In this document: in pieces, positions 11,661 through 25,065 of the stretch | Position numbering within the stretch: position 1 is the stretch's first letter | Layout: the number at the start of each line of letters is the position of its first letter | Made by a program: the position numbers and the translations under genes | The notes under the pieces: generated by a model | Told to the model about the DNA's origin: nothing | What the model saw: the letters and a program-made list of their open reading frames with translations, nothing else | The model's database searches: none | Source of the DNA: Trichoplax adhaerens | Lineage: Eukaryota; Animalia; Placozoa | Assembly: GCF_000150275.1 (NCBI RefSeq) | Contig: NW_002060943.1 | Location: 62,001 to 126,000 of the forward strand | Length of the DNA stretch: 64,000 nt | Reading direction: 5' to 3'

Positions 11661-13951
11661 CGTAAAGACTATTGTAAATCAGTTCGTGATCAATTTCAAT
11701 TTGGTAATTTAGTCTATTATAATCTCGGTCCAAATTTAAAGACAATATTAAGCAATTATTTGTAGTTGCTAGAACTATTTCATCGAGGCTATTTAGAATT
11801 CTTTATTTAATTACTACCTATCAAATATCATAGCGGGTATCAAATTGGCTCCTCCCTTACCACATTTTGTTGCTTGGGTAAAATCTTATACTGTGCTAGT
11901 AGTACATTGTTCGTTTAAACTACTCAAATGAGATCAATAGCTATTAAATTATTTATTCACCAGCATGATCGAGATAGATAGATAGATGCTGAATGATGTT
12001 TTGGCCGCTACTTACGTCTTGTAATAAAATAAAAGATTCATTAGCTCTTAATTGAAATGTTTCAATTTATTGAAGCTATACACAGCATGTACAGCAGATA
12101 AGCGTTACTTTTAAGATCTGAATTCAGTATGATTTCTTAGCTTGTACTACTTGCAATTCAGTAATGATGAGGTTTAATCTCGATGAATACGGAAGTTTAG
12201 CCCGGTTTGCAGTAGACAAAGTGGTTAAAGTATCTGTTAATTATCAGTTGTTATTGGATTAAATAATAAAATAGTTACTGGATACGATATCAGCAGGGGA
12301 TAGTATGACTAGTCTCCTAATAATTTCACATGGCTACATTTAAAAACAGTGAGTATTGCGCTAGTATACATCCTTACTTAGTACCTGGCATAGCTTTCTA
12401 TTTATAGAATAGATAAATACCGTATATTCCAGAATATTGAACTCAGTCGTGTTGTTAAATGCCAAAATTTGTATTTAATTATTCATTAAACTATCACAAT
12501 TTTAAAAGTTATGATGTAATGCTTATTATACTCGTATTATTTCAAATTATGAATCAACAATATATCCGAGTGCCTGTACCATATTTACTAGACTGAATAT
12601 GGTACGAAGTGTGATAATATTGCTAATGGCAAGTTATGTCTTTGATACGTAATAAATTTCTCTTGAAAAAATAAACTTTATGTAAGCATACGTGATTAAT
12701 AAACCACCACTGGCATGCAATGGATCTATGACCGATGAATAAATAGATAAATGCTTTGATGACTAATTCGGTGGAGAATTAAAGTATAGATCAATCCTTA
12801 ACGAAATAATTATGAAAATTTTATAGAAATATTCTCTTTAACTATATCAATACGCTTAGGAAATCAAGGTCTTTGGAGAATTCTTAATAACTAATAAACG
12901 AACTCACCAGAAACGTTCTTAGTCAGGAAAAAATATAAGGTATTGAGACAGTCTGGGTGCTTTAGCATTTGTACACTAGGAATTCATTACACGCAGTGCA
13001 AACTCTTTTTCTAAATATTCTTTGTTTGGATCTCATTTATTTATCTTGTGAGTATATAGGTATTTTTCTTAAAATAGCCTTTGATATAAGAGGTAATCAC
13101 TGTGGAAATACGAGATGGATACAAAACTACACAAGATTTCGCTTAATATCCAGCGTATTTTATAACGAAAATTTATATACGACTAGGTATGACTATTTTA
13201 ATACCGAAAAATTTCAATCGATAAAATAAATTACTACCATATCCAAACTTGTCCCTCACTTTACTAAAGAGAATTTTATGATACTTTCACACGCTTGAAC
13301 AGTAAAATCTGGAAAAGTATCACATGCGGTTATAATTAATCTAGCGCAGCTATAGTTTTATTTTTTGCCATAGATCGCTATATAATGATTTAAAAGATTT
13401 TCGCGATAAAATTTAAGCATTAATTCAAGACTGACTTATGTCCTACAATACCGGTAGTATTAGTAATTTTTCATTATAAAGCTAATCTGACTCTTAATAT
13501 CACCTATGAGTATGCAGCTATTTCCATGATATAGAATGCAAAGAATCTTTCAAATATCAGGTATGCTTGGAAAATATGATGATTAAATATCAACGCAAGA
13601 AACAATTCTCTGTCATGCTGATAAAGAAAACAACTTATAGACAATGATGCCATCGACAAATGTTATTGTCTGAAACATTACAGGATAATGAAGAATATTA
13701 TATGATCTATTTAGCTTAGCAAGGGTAGTTACCATACTTCTCAGCATGGCTTTCCACCTCCAGTGGTTACTTATTGCCAATTTAATATTATATAAAGGCT
13801 TCTAAGTGATACACGAATTAAAATAGTTCCTAGCTATTTGTAACTAATAGTTAAAATATTGCCTAAACTTTGAGCGCAAGATCATAACTATTAAGTACTG
13901 TATTTGGTATCTATTAAAGCCATTAAAAAGTTTAAATAAAGAGCTGAAAAT

Positions 13952-14778
13952 ATGTCGATTTGGTTCTCTATAGCCATTTTATCTGTTCTAGTACCATTTG
14001 TGCAATTGACGGTAAGCTGAAATTGCTTAAACTCCTTTATACGTTGTTATAGAATCCGCTTAGGTACAATAATGGACTAAATCTGTTTCCATACCTTTTT
14101 TAGCCAATAAGACCTAGATCATGCCTTCAAGCCAAAGAATTAGTAGCTCAGCGCAACGGCTATTACGTACTATTTGATAGCACGAATAAACCCTTCATGA
14201 CTTACTGCGATTTTGAGTCTGATAAAGGTTTTGCTTGGACATTGGTCGAGTCTCTTTCTTTAGCTAAGGCAAAGACATCTAAATATCAAAAAAATTTTTA
14301 CTATGACGAAGAATCTGATGTTTGTACAGTCAATTGGGCTGAATACCGACTTTCAAAATCTAAAATGCTATCAATCTACCAAACACCTGGCTCCGATTAT
14401 GTTCGAGCCACCTGTAATTTTAATGCTGGTATAGATGGAGGTTTAATTGATCATCGTGACTATTTCCGCGTTGCAACTTGCCGTTATAATATGTTTGCCA
14501 TATCTAATTCTTTTGGTTGTATATCCCTCGATTACTTTAATGTACGAGGCTATTCATGTCGCAAATGTTCGGTTTCAGTTTATTACGGTAGGTCAAACTA
14601 TCACACTTTTATTGATGTCTCGAGAGCGACACAGAGTTGTTCAAGATTGAAAATACCTGAAACTATAAATAATGAAGAAGCTTTTGGCCGATACCGAACT
14701 GTTAATCCAAAATTTAGATGTAGTACAAATTCTACATCAACTACAAATTGGTGGTTTGGAGGAACTGTAATCGCGTAG
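13952..14778 (+). CDS. Secreted fibrinogen-domain-like Cys-containing protein, paralog 2 (244 aa, 2 exons)
   Basis: Exon 1 13952-14011 MSIWFSIAILSVLVPFVQLT (signal peptide)|gtaagc; intron 14012-14103; exon 2 14104-14778 beginning PIRPRSCLQAKE..NGYYVL..YCDFESDKGFAWTLVES, the SC..GxY..YCD..GWT pattern of the fibrinogen-related domain N-terminal subdomain, followed by a divergent Cys-rich region ending TTNWWFGG. Confidence 0.88.
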
Positions 14779-16329
14779 CTAGCAACGTCTGCAATACTGT
14801 TCTAATAACCAAATCAGGCACTTTGAGCTCATGTTGTACGTACTAACATAAAGTCAGTAACTTTTCTACAAGCATAACTTTCGCTAGTGCAAATAGTTTT
14901 ACAACAACTTTGCGAAATAGCATTATAAGCTTTCTTTATTTGAATGAGTTAAAGTAATATTTTCGTATATAATAACTGCCGGTGGTGGCTTTTTAATATA
15001 TTTTTCCTGAAACTGGCCGTAACTTCTTTTAGAATTTAGTGCGTAGTATTTTGTTTTATGGTTAAAATTTCTAAATCTTAATAAAAGTGATTACTATGCT
15101 ATGTGCGTATCACTAACTAAATAAAAAATTTTTAATTTTTCCAAGAATAAAATAATGAGCACCGATTAAACTGACTATCTGCTGATAAGTATCAATTTAG
15201 CAAACGCGTTTGATAAAGCAGCTTTAGCAGTGACGTTATATCAGCTCACAAATTAAAAATTTTTAATTAAAGTCCATTTTAAGAAGTTTAAGCACAGGCA
15301 GTGTACAATGCAATGATTAATAAAAGCAATAATTTATTCATTATGACGTTAATGAAGTTAAAAATAATAAGATTGCTTAAATAAACAAATTACTTACAGT
15401 ATATGTGGCAGTCATTACAGAATATTACTTCCAGAAATTCTAATCGCACAGATTTTAAATTTTAGAACTTAGCGGCGATGAACTAGTAACTATTATCCAG
15501 ATAGTCCGTCTACGAATAAGCCAAATATGTAACTGATAATCATTACAGATCTGTTCTTATCATCCTAATGTATTCGAAAGACCCTCTGTTACCGAATGAT
15601 TGTATTACAAATTTATTGATCTAGGAACTTAATCAGTCATATAATATGTAGTAACGAAGGCCAGTTTTTAACGTGCTTATTTCTTTATAATAATAATATA
15701 AAACTCTGGTAGGCACTATTTTGTTGGAAATTATTGCTATTAGATCTTGGAATGATGAAATTAGAAACTAATTCTTACCTCCTACTATAATGTGACGGCT
15801 CAACGAATAAATTAGGAGTAATGCTTAGGCATCTTTTGAAAATAAAACTACTAAACTATCCACGGCAGTTGCTTTTATGAAAAATGCTAAAGTAGAATAT
15901 CGTTCTTTTAATTAACTAGAATTATTCTTAGCGTTTCTCGTAAGGTAAATAATTGTCACTTTGTGTTCAATCTTACTTACAATTAGATCAATAATGGATA
16001 TTACCGGCACATTTTGCAAAGCATTGCTAAATAACAATCCATTTGAACGTAATGTACGCGTATACACTAAAAATGAACCGATGGGTCATATTCAAACATG
16101 TGCATCAATTAAATATCATTCGGTGTCACCCAAAGTGAGAAGTAATTTACTATTATGTTTTTCAAATTACGAATTCAGTTTTAGAATAAGTTAAAACTGC
16201 CTACAGTGAAATTTAAACGAAAACTTAATTCGCATTGTATTCAGGCTTGAAAGCTATACACAAAAGAATAAACCTATTCGAAAATTGGTTTAGTAATATG
16301 AGCAATGAAAATAAACGTATTGCAACAGT

Positions 16330-17262
16330 GTCGAATTTATATTTTATCGCTTTATTACTAGACATAATACTGTCAACGCTACTTACAGTAAGTTAATATT
16401 GCATTTATGCACCTGATAAATGGCATTTCGCCTCAGGTCTCTAAATTAAAATTTTGTCCATCTTTCATTTCTTACCAATTAAACCTAAATTTATACCTTC
16501 TAGCAAAAAAGATGTTAATCAATTACCCCGTACTATGATTTTGAGTCTAATCCTAGATCTACCTGGATGTTGATTGAATCTTCATCATTAGCTACATGGA
16601 ATTATCCATCTATTAAAGAATTTTGCTAATGAATAACAATTTTGATTGCTGGGGAGTCGATTGGTCTTAATTCTGGCTAGCTAAATCCGGAATGGCATCA
16701 AGAATTTGCCTAGTTCTAGTAATTTGATGACTTTCCTGCAACTTTAATGCTGATCTAAACAAAAGGTTAACTTATTATCGTGACAAATTTTCAAATAGCA
16801 TTTTGTCATTAAATGAAATTTTCGGTAATTTGACTTCTTTACTTATGCAGCAGTATTGGTTTGCATAAATTAAAGTATGTTAGTGGGCCGTGACTGATGA
16901 TGAAACGGTGAAGTATGCTTGAGGATAAGGCGTTTCGACACAATTAAGAATCCAAGTCGGTCTAAGATCATTAATTTACGAACTCAATGTAGTAGCAGTA
17001 AGGCTATTACAGTAGCCGTCCATTATTTAATTGTACGCGGCTATTTTTATAGCGACGGTGCAGAATAGCAGAGTAATCAAAAATTTTTATATGTATTAAT
17101 GTTTCTTAAGTATCTCAAACGTGATTTAAGATTGAAAAAGTCCTGCCATAATTACAAACGTAGTAGCTTTCGGCCAATATAATGCATCAAATCCGAAATT
17201 CAGCTGCTCGAGCAGTTCAAATGTGACTTCTAATTTGTATACGGGGAATTACAATTAGATGA
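16330..17262 (+). pseudogene. Decayed third paralog of the fibrinogen-domain-like gene
   Basis: Signal-exon remnant ..LLLDIILSTLLT|gtaagt (donor 16388); acceptor AG lost before PIKPK (16475); fragments YYDFESNPRSTWMLIESSSLA, GVDWS*FWLAKSGM, CNFNADLNKRLTYYRD, AFGQYNASNPKFSCSSSS with stops and frameshifts. Confidence 0.8.
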
Positions 17263-18130
17263 GCTAATAATAAATATGGCAGTGCCTGCTTATCTGCATT
17301 TAAGTATCTTGATCCTAATGCTAGCGCCTATTAATTTCCTAAATTATCATTTTAGACCATTTGTTAACGCTCAAGGATGCATTAGTATAAAGGTAAAGTT
17401 GTAGCTGCTAATATGTTGTTAAGTTGTCTAAGTTTACAATTGAAGATGGCAGATTGGCTGTATAACGATGCAAGGGATATCTTTCTATCAGATTATGATG
17501 TTTAAAAGGTTTATTTTAAAGTATAGTACATAAATACTCTTATAGCAGTAGTGAAATAGAAATGTTAATAAAAAGAATCAGAATATAGCGATTATGATAT
17601 TAAAAGAAATGAAAGCAATATATTTGAAAATCACAGATTCTACATCGTATGCTCTTTTAATACATGTATCTAACTACACTATCAACCTTATAACAAGTAA
17701 ATCTCTGCCAGTAAATCGAATAGATAAATCAATTGCTAAGCACACACATTGAAATCCTTTGTATTACCTATAAGCCATCGTAGACTACGCTAAATAGAGC
17801 AATTTTAAGTCAATAGAATAATATAAGCTATGTTCCAGACCAATGTCCAATTCTAATGACGTACAATAATACATTGTACGTACGACTAATAGTAAATATC
17901 ATGATTTATTATGAGGATACTAGACAATTCATAAAATTGTCTTCCACACTTATAAGTCACGTTTAATAGTTTTGCTTCACATCTCGAAATATATTAAAGT
18001 ACGAAGATATACAAATAAATTTTTTACTGCAATAACCACTGCATTATTCATATATCAGCTCTAATTTAATTGAAAATTATTTTTATACAACGTCCTAGTA
18101 ATTTCTAACTTTGGATATTTCAACAGAATT

Positions 18131-19252
18131 TTACGTAACATTATTAGCTGGTACCTGTGGTCGATTAGAAACAGGCCGAATCTTTTGCAAATTTCTCAGT
18201 GAACGTTGAGAAATATTTGTAATACGCAAAAAAATAAAAATAAATGGGTCAATTACACAGTTAGAGTAGGATAATAATGTCGCAATTGGCCAATATAGAG
18301 AAAGCGACTCAAAGTTAAATGTTTGAAATAGGGCACAAACTAAAAGAAAGGTAATGGGAAGATAAACAACAGCATTAGTGAGAACTATGCAAGCCAGCAT
18401 AACATTAATTCGATGTTGTGTTTTATAAACAAGTTCTGACGTATGTCTTCGAAGACTTTTTCGCAATCTGCAGCTAATTTTAATATATAAAATGATACTT
18501 GCAATGCAGGATGCAGTATTCATAAAAACTTCAAAAGCTGACAAGTATAAAATGAAGCCTACTGTTACCGGCTGGCATAAATGCACAATAATATTGTATT
18601 GAAATATGAAGTTAGTCTGCTGAAGGATCCATTTCATCATAAAATCGGAGCCAATAGTGATAGTTAATGAAAGAATTAAGCTTACTAACCAACCGAAACA
18701 AATGAATAATTTTGTGGCATTCATATTAAATTTTTGACCATGAATTGGATGATAAATAGCCAGATAGCGTCGAATCGTAATGAAAAGGGTAAACATATTA
18801 GCACAACCTAATCCAATTTGGCTAAAAAACCGAGCAGCAGAGCATAGATGATTGATGATCCATGTGTCTTCTAAGGCAGTAATATTGCCTAGGTGAGGAC
18901 TTAAATACAGGTTTCGATTAATAGCCTTACTACTGTTCAAGGTACCGTTAGAAACGTAATTTGCTCTGAGGAGGGATATTAGGTCTCCACTATTCATGAT
19001 ACTAAAGTAAATACTGCTGCCTAAATCTGCTAGGGCTAAGTGTAATAATACTAACAGCGCAGGGCTATTTCGAATGCTAAGGGTATTAAATCTTTTATTT
19101 CTTTGCAATTGTAAGCCCTTTCGTTGTCGGCTAGATAGCAACAATGATAATATAACAAATATATTACCTAAAACACCAAATATACCCAAACTCCAAGATA
19201 TAATACGAAGAGAATTGTATTTTAAATATACAGTTTGATTATAATTCCGCAT
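18131..19252 (-). CDS. Rhodopsin-class orphan GPCR with LGR/RXFP-like 7TM, no ectodomain found
   Basis: 373-aa ORF with 7 hydrophobic segments; LRIISWSLGIFGVLGN (TM1), HLALADL (TM2), C..ARF and ITIRRY (TM3), YLP (TM6), NCVIDPFIF (TM7). Splice acceptor at 19310-19311 with the frame open from 19309, so an upstream exon exists or existed. Confidence 0.92.
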   Translation of the reverse strand: MRNYNQTVYLKYNSLRIISWSLGIFGVLGNIFVILSLLLSSRQRKGLQLQRNKRFNTLSIRNSPALLVLLHLALADLGSSIYFSIMNSGDLISLLRANYVSNGTLNSSKAINRNLYLSPHLGNITALEDTWIINHLCSAARFFSQIGLGCANMFTLFITIRRYLAIYHPIHGQKFNMNATKLFICFGWLVSLILSLTITIGSDFMMKWILQQTNFIFQYNIIVHLCQPVTVGFILYLSAFEVFMNTASCIASIILYIKISCRLRKSLRRHTSELVYKTQHRINVMLACIVLTNAVVYLPITFLLVCALFQTFNFESLSLYWPIATLLSYSNCVIDPFIFIFLRITNISQRSLRNLQKIRPVSNRPQVPANNVT

Positions 19253-22200
19253 GTCGATGTTTAATTTAGCAATTGCTGTGCAATAGTAATTTATATCATT
19301 GTATAATACCTAGCAAGAGAAAAAATCACCTTGTTGTGAGATCAGAATTGCAAAAGATTAACAATTAAATTCTCATAGCCAAAAGAAACCTAGAAATTTA
19401 GAGTAATTGACGTCTATACATGATAACTAAAAGTGCTGTAGAGAAAGAGAATTCCGTCATTGTAAATTATTACCAAATTTTACACAACCGTCAGCTGTAG
19501 CTGGAATACTTTTTAAATGACTTCATGTAATGTGTTTAAGAATCAACGCTACCAATGACTGCTATTTCACTTCAATTTATCTCCATTAAGGCTAAGCCAA
19601 AAAGTGATCCCTTCTACATATTGAGATATTAGAAACTAAGTATAAAAATTATATTCGATCAACTGAGCTAACTTATTTAATTAGTAAAAAATAAATATTA
19701 TTGACTGGTAATATAACTTAAGCTAGTCTAAAGCCAATGTATCACAAACGAATGGCAAAATCAAAGCTAAATGAAATCTTCAATCTCAAAGGACACTTAT
19801 CGTAGCCTATATACTAATATTTTATATATTTCGCAAAGTAATATACAGATACAAATAACTACGGTATTTTAAGTAATTTATCATTAATTATTTATCACGG
19901 TTTTGTTCCGATATTGAAAATATAGCTTAGCAAATTAGCCGACTTCCCGAAATTTCAACCCATGACTGTTTCGAAGCCATGTTGATAAAGCTATGCGGAC
20001 TTATTAATATACTGTAAAATATGTAATAGCAATATTAATGAGGATAAAGAATTATGTCTAAACCTAGGTCATTCTTACTATTGTGAGTCAGTGAATCAGC
20101 AGCCATTGCTATAACATGAACGTAGCATCGCATAAAATTCCTTCCTTGATTTCAGGATCGTTTAAGTTTCTTACACTTTCTCCATACGAAATTGATGGGA
20201 ATAATATTATAGAATATGTGCGTGCAAGAACTAAAGAACAATAATAGCGGTTGTTTTGCGTTTCAACTTTTCCTACAGACCCGCACTGCTTCACATCTAC
20301 TTTATGATTTTATTTGGTATTACCTTATATTTTAATTATCCAAAGTTGGTAATTAAAGAGCAATAGTCACAGTTCTTTTAAATTTCAACTTTTCCATTAA
20401 ATCTGCACCGCTTCACAGCACATAATTTGATATCACCTTATATTGCTTTCAAAATCCAAAGCTAGTCATAAAATGATAAGATAGCCTAATAAAACTTCAT
20501 CAGCTGCAATGCTTCGTAGAAGAATCTAAACTGACTTTAAACTAGTTGCTTGCTGGTTGAAACTTAATTTCTGATTGTAAGGTTATTATTTAGAGACAGA
20601 AAAACCATAGTTACCAAATAATACTTTTAGCAATCGCGCGTACTATTTACTAATTAAACACGCAATTAACTTTAATTTCAAGAAAATTGATGCCATAGTA
20701 ACTTCATAATGAAATGATATATATCATAAAGATGAAGTCTTTATTTGATGCAAATAACCATAAGTTTAAGATTTGCGATTCATCGATCATATCAGTGTTA
20801 TAACAGTACATCGTTTAATTTTACTGTCCCTCTGCTATACTCAGCTACTTTTGAACATTCGCATTAACTATAGCAGCTTCCAACAATTTTAATATATTTC
20901 ACTAATTAGTTTCTTCGATAACTAGTTAAGGTTACGGTAATCCCTTTTATTCTAAGGATCCAACTTTTCAAACTAAAATACTTGTTTTCTATCTCGTCAA
21001 ATAGTATAATGATATCGGGAAATTTTAGCAAATTGCACTAGTTACAAAGACAGTACCGCATCCAATTAAACTAAGAAAATAGAATTCTTTCACGAAATAA
21101 TTATTCATAGTGAATTAATCCAGGTGTTTCGAGGCAAACCTGATAAAATATGATATACGAATATATTTATTATTATTACACCAAAGCAGCTAATAATTAC
21201 AGCGAACAACGACTTGAAGATTGAAGTAGCCATTTACAGCGCTTTAGGACGATTACTCATTAAAATCAATGCCCAGAATTAGCCTTTACGAAAATATGAA
21301 TTAATCATCCAATGATGTCATGCGATTAATCATAGAGCAGATAAAGCTAAATACCCATTCAGAGAAGAATTCAATGAGCACATAAAAATTTTAATTCAAT
21401 AGCGAAATTGCTTGGGTTTGAATATCACAGCTGTTGGTCTCATTAATCAAATCGAAAATTATTTTTTTCCTATTGCGTATTCAGTAACTCATACAAGAAC
21501 TGTATCGTCATTAAATTTTGCAAATAGTTGATATACGTTTTACTTCTCGTACCCATTACAGTAAATCGAACTAGTATCGGTTATGAAGGCATCTGCTCGT
21601 ATCTATAATAATGAGTATAGGCTTTTAAAACCTATACTCATCTACAATAAGTGAACATATAAGATACACATTCAAATTAGACTCATTAAATCCCAATCTA
21701 TTTTTGTAATCACCTGAAATACACATTAAAATATCACTGATTTTGAAGTGGTGCACATAACTTTACAGTAATCATCGCACGCACATTTTTGTGACATAAA
21801 CATTTATTTTATTTTATAGGTAAGACAATTTTAGCTGAATGAGCAATGATATTAGAGTCGTTGCCTTAATTATAGCAGATTTAAATATTTTGTAATCATG
21901 TAAAGTAGGTTATTTTCAAAGGAATTCATTATCAATCATTTTCTGCCGATGAAATATCTTTCTTAACTTCTATAGCATTTGCCTTGAGTTATTACGGTAT
22001 TGCCAGTGTATTAAGTTAGGTTAGGTCCCAGGTTACAAAATTAAAATACTTTTACACGCTTTACAAGCTAATGAACAACTTTAACCCTAAAATATGCTTT
22101 TGGAATAAATTTTATCACTATAAAAATAAATCTTTTGAATATTTAACCGCAAAAATAAGCACTAGTAAATATAAAATATTTTCCCTATTTATTGCCTGAA

Positions 22201-23322
22201 CGTTCTACATGCTAGTTTTACTGTAGTCATTAATTTAGTATAGGGTAATTTTAGTCAATAAAGTCATCAAAGTAAAGATAAGAGCATTTTATTAGTGCTT
22301 ACACCAGGAATCAAAACTATTTTTTACCAAATTTTTACGACCATTATAATTAAGAGTGATTTATTTATTAACTTAGCTACATAGTATTGATATTATTTTA
22401 AAGATAGATTTCAATTTTACAAAATTTCTGTATGAGAAAGAGTCCAGAATCGTTAATTCGAAAGACAATGAATTTCATTGTGTAATTAAATACTTTAATT
22501 TAATTAATTTATAATTGCCAATCTGGTAGCAAAGTATTCAACTAAATATAAACTGACTATCAAGATATATAATTAGAAAATGGCCAATGATATGAATACG
22601 GCCAATATGCTAACTAGAAAGCAAATTAAAATCATTTTTGCATAGTATTCTATACCTGTAGAGATAACTCTAGCCTTATTTTTGCTAATGTCATTAATAC
22701 TGTCCGTGAATGTATGGATTATCAATGGCTTTAATTTATTGAAATATTTCAAACAAGACAAAAGGTTATATCCAATACAATTTCTTTCACAAAGCCCATA
22801 GATCATACGTCTAGTACAAAGTAATTTATGAAAACGAAAATTAACTAGTGGCATCAACTACTAAAGGAAAAGCTTATTCAAAATAGAGAATTTTAACAAT
22901 GGTGACATATTGTAGTCTTTTAATATTTATCTAGTGCCATACTTATAAATAAGATTATTCTGTAATAGGAATATTTTAAAATTATAGTAAAAACTATAAT
23001 AATTATAGATAATTGAATGAATAATAAACAAGAGATTTAAATTTATTTAATGATGTTTAGCTAGGATATTTAATGAATTTCGGACTGCATTTTCACAATA
23101 ATGACTTCGGTAAGTCAAAATACTAAAGTAAGCTGTTTTATTTAATTCTGCTGAATGATTAATGAGGTCGATAGCTTGCAAAATAGATGTCAAAAAATAA
23201 TTATTTTGCCATGAATGTTGGGCGCAAGTATAAAAAATCAAGTAGTAAAGCAAAGATGATATCATTTGTGGCTTATAATTAATTATAACTGAATCTTATT
23301 CAATATTTTCGATATAGGATAG

Positions 23323-23923
23323 TGTCGTAGTCAGCCCACGACAAGGAGACCTGGGCCTTTGAAGTTATATGAATGCTAAGGCTACAACAGCCAAGTATGC
23401 TCCAACGGGCTAAGCGTAGACTAGTCTTAGGCTTTTAAAATAGTTTATTGAACGAAGGTAGTCTTGCCATCCAAGACTACTCTGACCCCACGGTCAATCG
23501 ACAACTGATCTGCTAGTGAGAGTGCTGGGCTTTATATATACCCTAGCTCGGTTGCACTCGGTGCACAGCTTAGGGAAACAGCTCTAAAACATACAGCTTT
23601 TGTATAGCCGACTGTCTATATGGTTTAGTATGGCAGACGGCGTAAACAACACTAATGAGTTATGAACTAATTAAGAGCCAATTAACAACCAAAGGCTCAG
23701 CACAAAGTAACAGAAATTACTATGGTGTGAATATTATTTATCACCTCTGTAAATACATTGCTCTGCACAGAGTCTACAACAAGTACTGTATAATTAGACT
23801 ACTAATAATGTTACAATTGTCCCATAACTAATAAATAAATGTCATTAACAATTAATAAAATCTTAATTACTAATTACTAAGGCTAAGGCCACAATTAATT
23901 GACGGAGTCTATACTCCGTCACA
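23323..23923 (-). mobile_element. Solo LTR (601 bp) with 5-bp target-site duplication
   Basis: Bounded by TGT...ACA and flanked by GATAG at 23318-23322 and 23924-23928. On the minus strand: 5' hairpin TGACGGAGT-ATAG-ACTCCGTCA, TATATATAAA box (~23531-23540), then AATAAA (~23444-23449). No internal gag/pol. Confidence 0.9.
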
Positions 23924-25065
23924 GATAGTTAGCTTATTAAGTCAGTTTTCATATGCTTTTATTTCACGATTGTGAACAGTTTGTACCATAAAAATTAACG
24001 AATTAATTAAATTACGTTGAATCGTTAAAACATTCTAAGTAGTAACCAGGGACGTTTAGTAGCTGCCAGCATAGAGCTAGAAATTGCACTGTCTTATAAA
24101 GTAGTTTATTAAGCGTCCAACTTGTGGTCGTAACAATAATATTAAAATATCTGCAGCAGCTATATGAGCATATCATATGAATTTAATGGCGCTGCTTGAC
24201 CAACTAGGTAAATTAACATTCAACAATTTCCGGCCTTTATCAATATAACGGCTAATAGAAAATTAATCTGCAAATACGATGGAGATTGTCTTTGCAGGTG
24301 ATCTTTAAAGGATATTATATCAAAATTTTATTTGCATCACAAAGCTAAGATTTCAGCGAAGATGATAATATGCTGTACAGTATCAATTGCAAGGTTAAAT
24401 TAATTTTAACTTATAAGAAGTAAAACTCTTTTAAACTACATTGTACATGACCGTCTAGTCTTGTGTAAGATTAGCCTAAAAGACTGAATTAATCAACACA
24501 AACGATAAAATATGTAATTTATGTTTATCAAACATTAAAGTAATATACAATGTATCGCACAGCTGCCTAAACCTATATTTGTTGTTAACTTTACATCTGC
24601 ATTTATAATCGAAATATGCTACAAAAGGAGTGTACCGTCTACAGATGATCTGAAATATATTGTACATACCAAACCTAATTAGCAAAAATTTATTAATAGA
24701 ATACAATGTAACAATAGAGTTTAAATTAAATTAGTAAACTATTACGAAGAATATAAGTTGAAATACAAATTTTCGTAGATGATTTACCGACAAAGCAGTA
24801 TTGGAATTCAATATTCAATATATAAAATCATTTTAAGATTAAAATGTTTTTGGTAACGATTATAGCACAAATATGATACACTAATTCCTCTGTCAATAAT
24901 TATAATTAAATGTAAACAAAACATTTGTATTTTTGCCTACTATTGCAATGGTTCATTTCAAAAAAGCAATAGCCTCTTCCTGAAATTCCTCAGTCACTAA
25001 TTGAAAGAGAAAATTACGTGATTATGATGCAACTAAGTAATTGTATGCTGCAAACGCTGCTGTAA

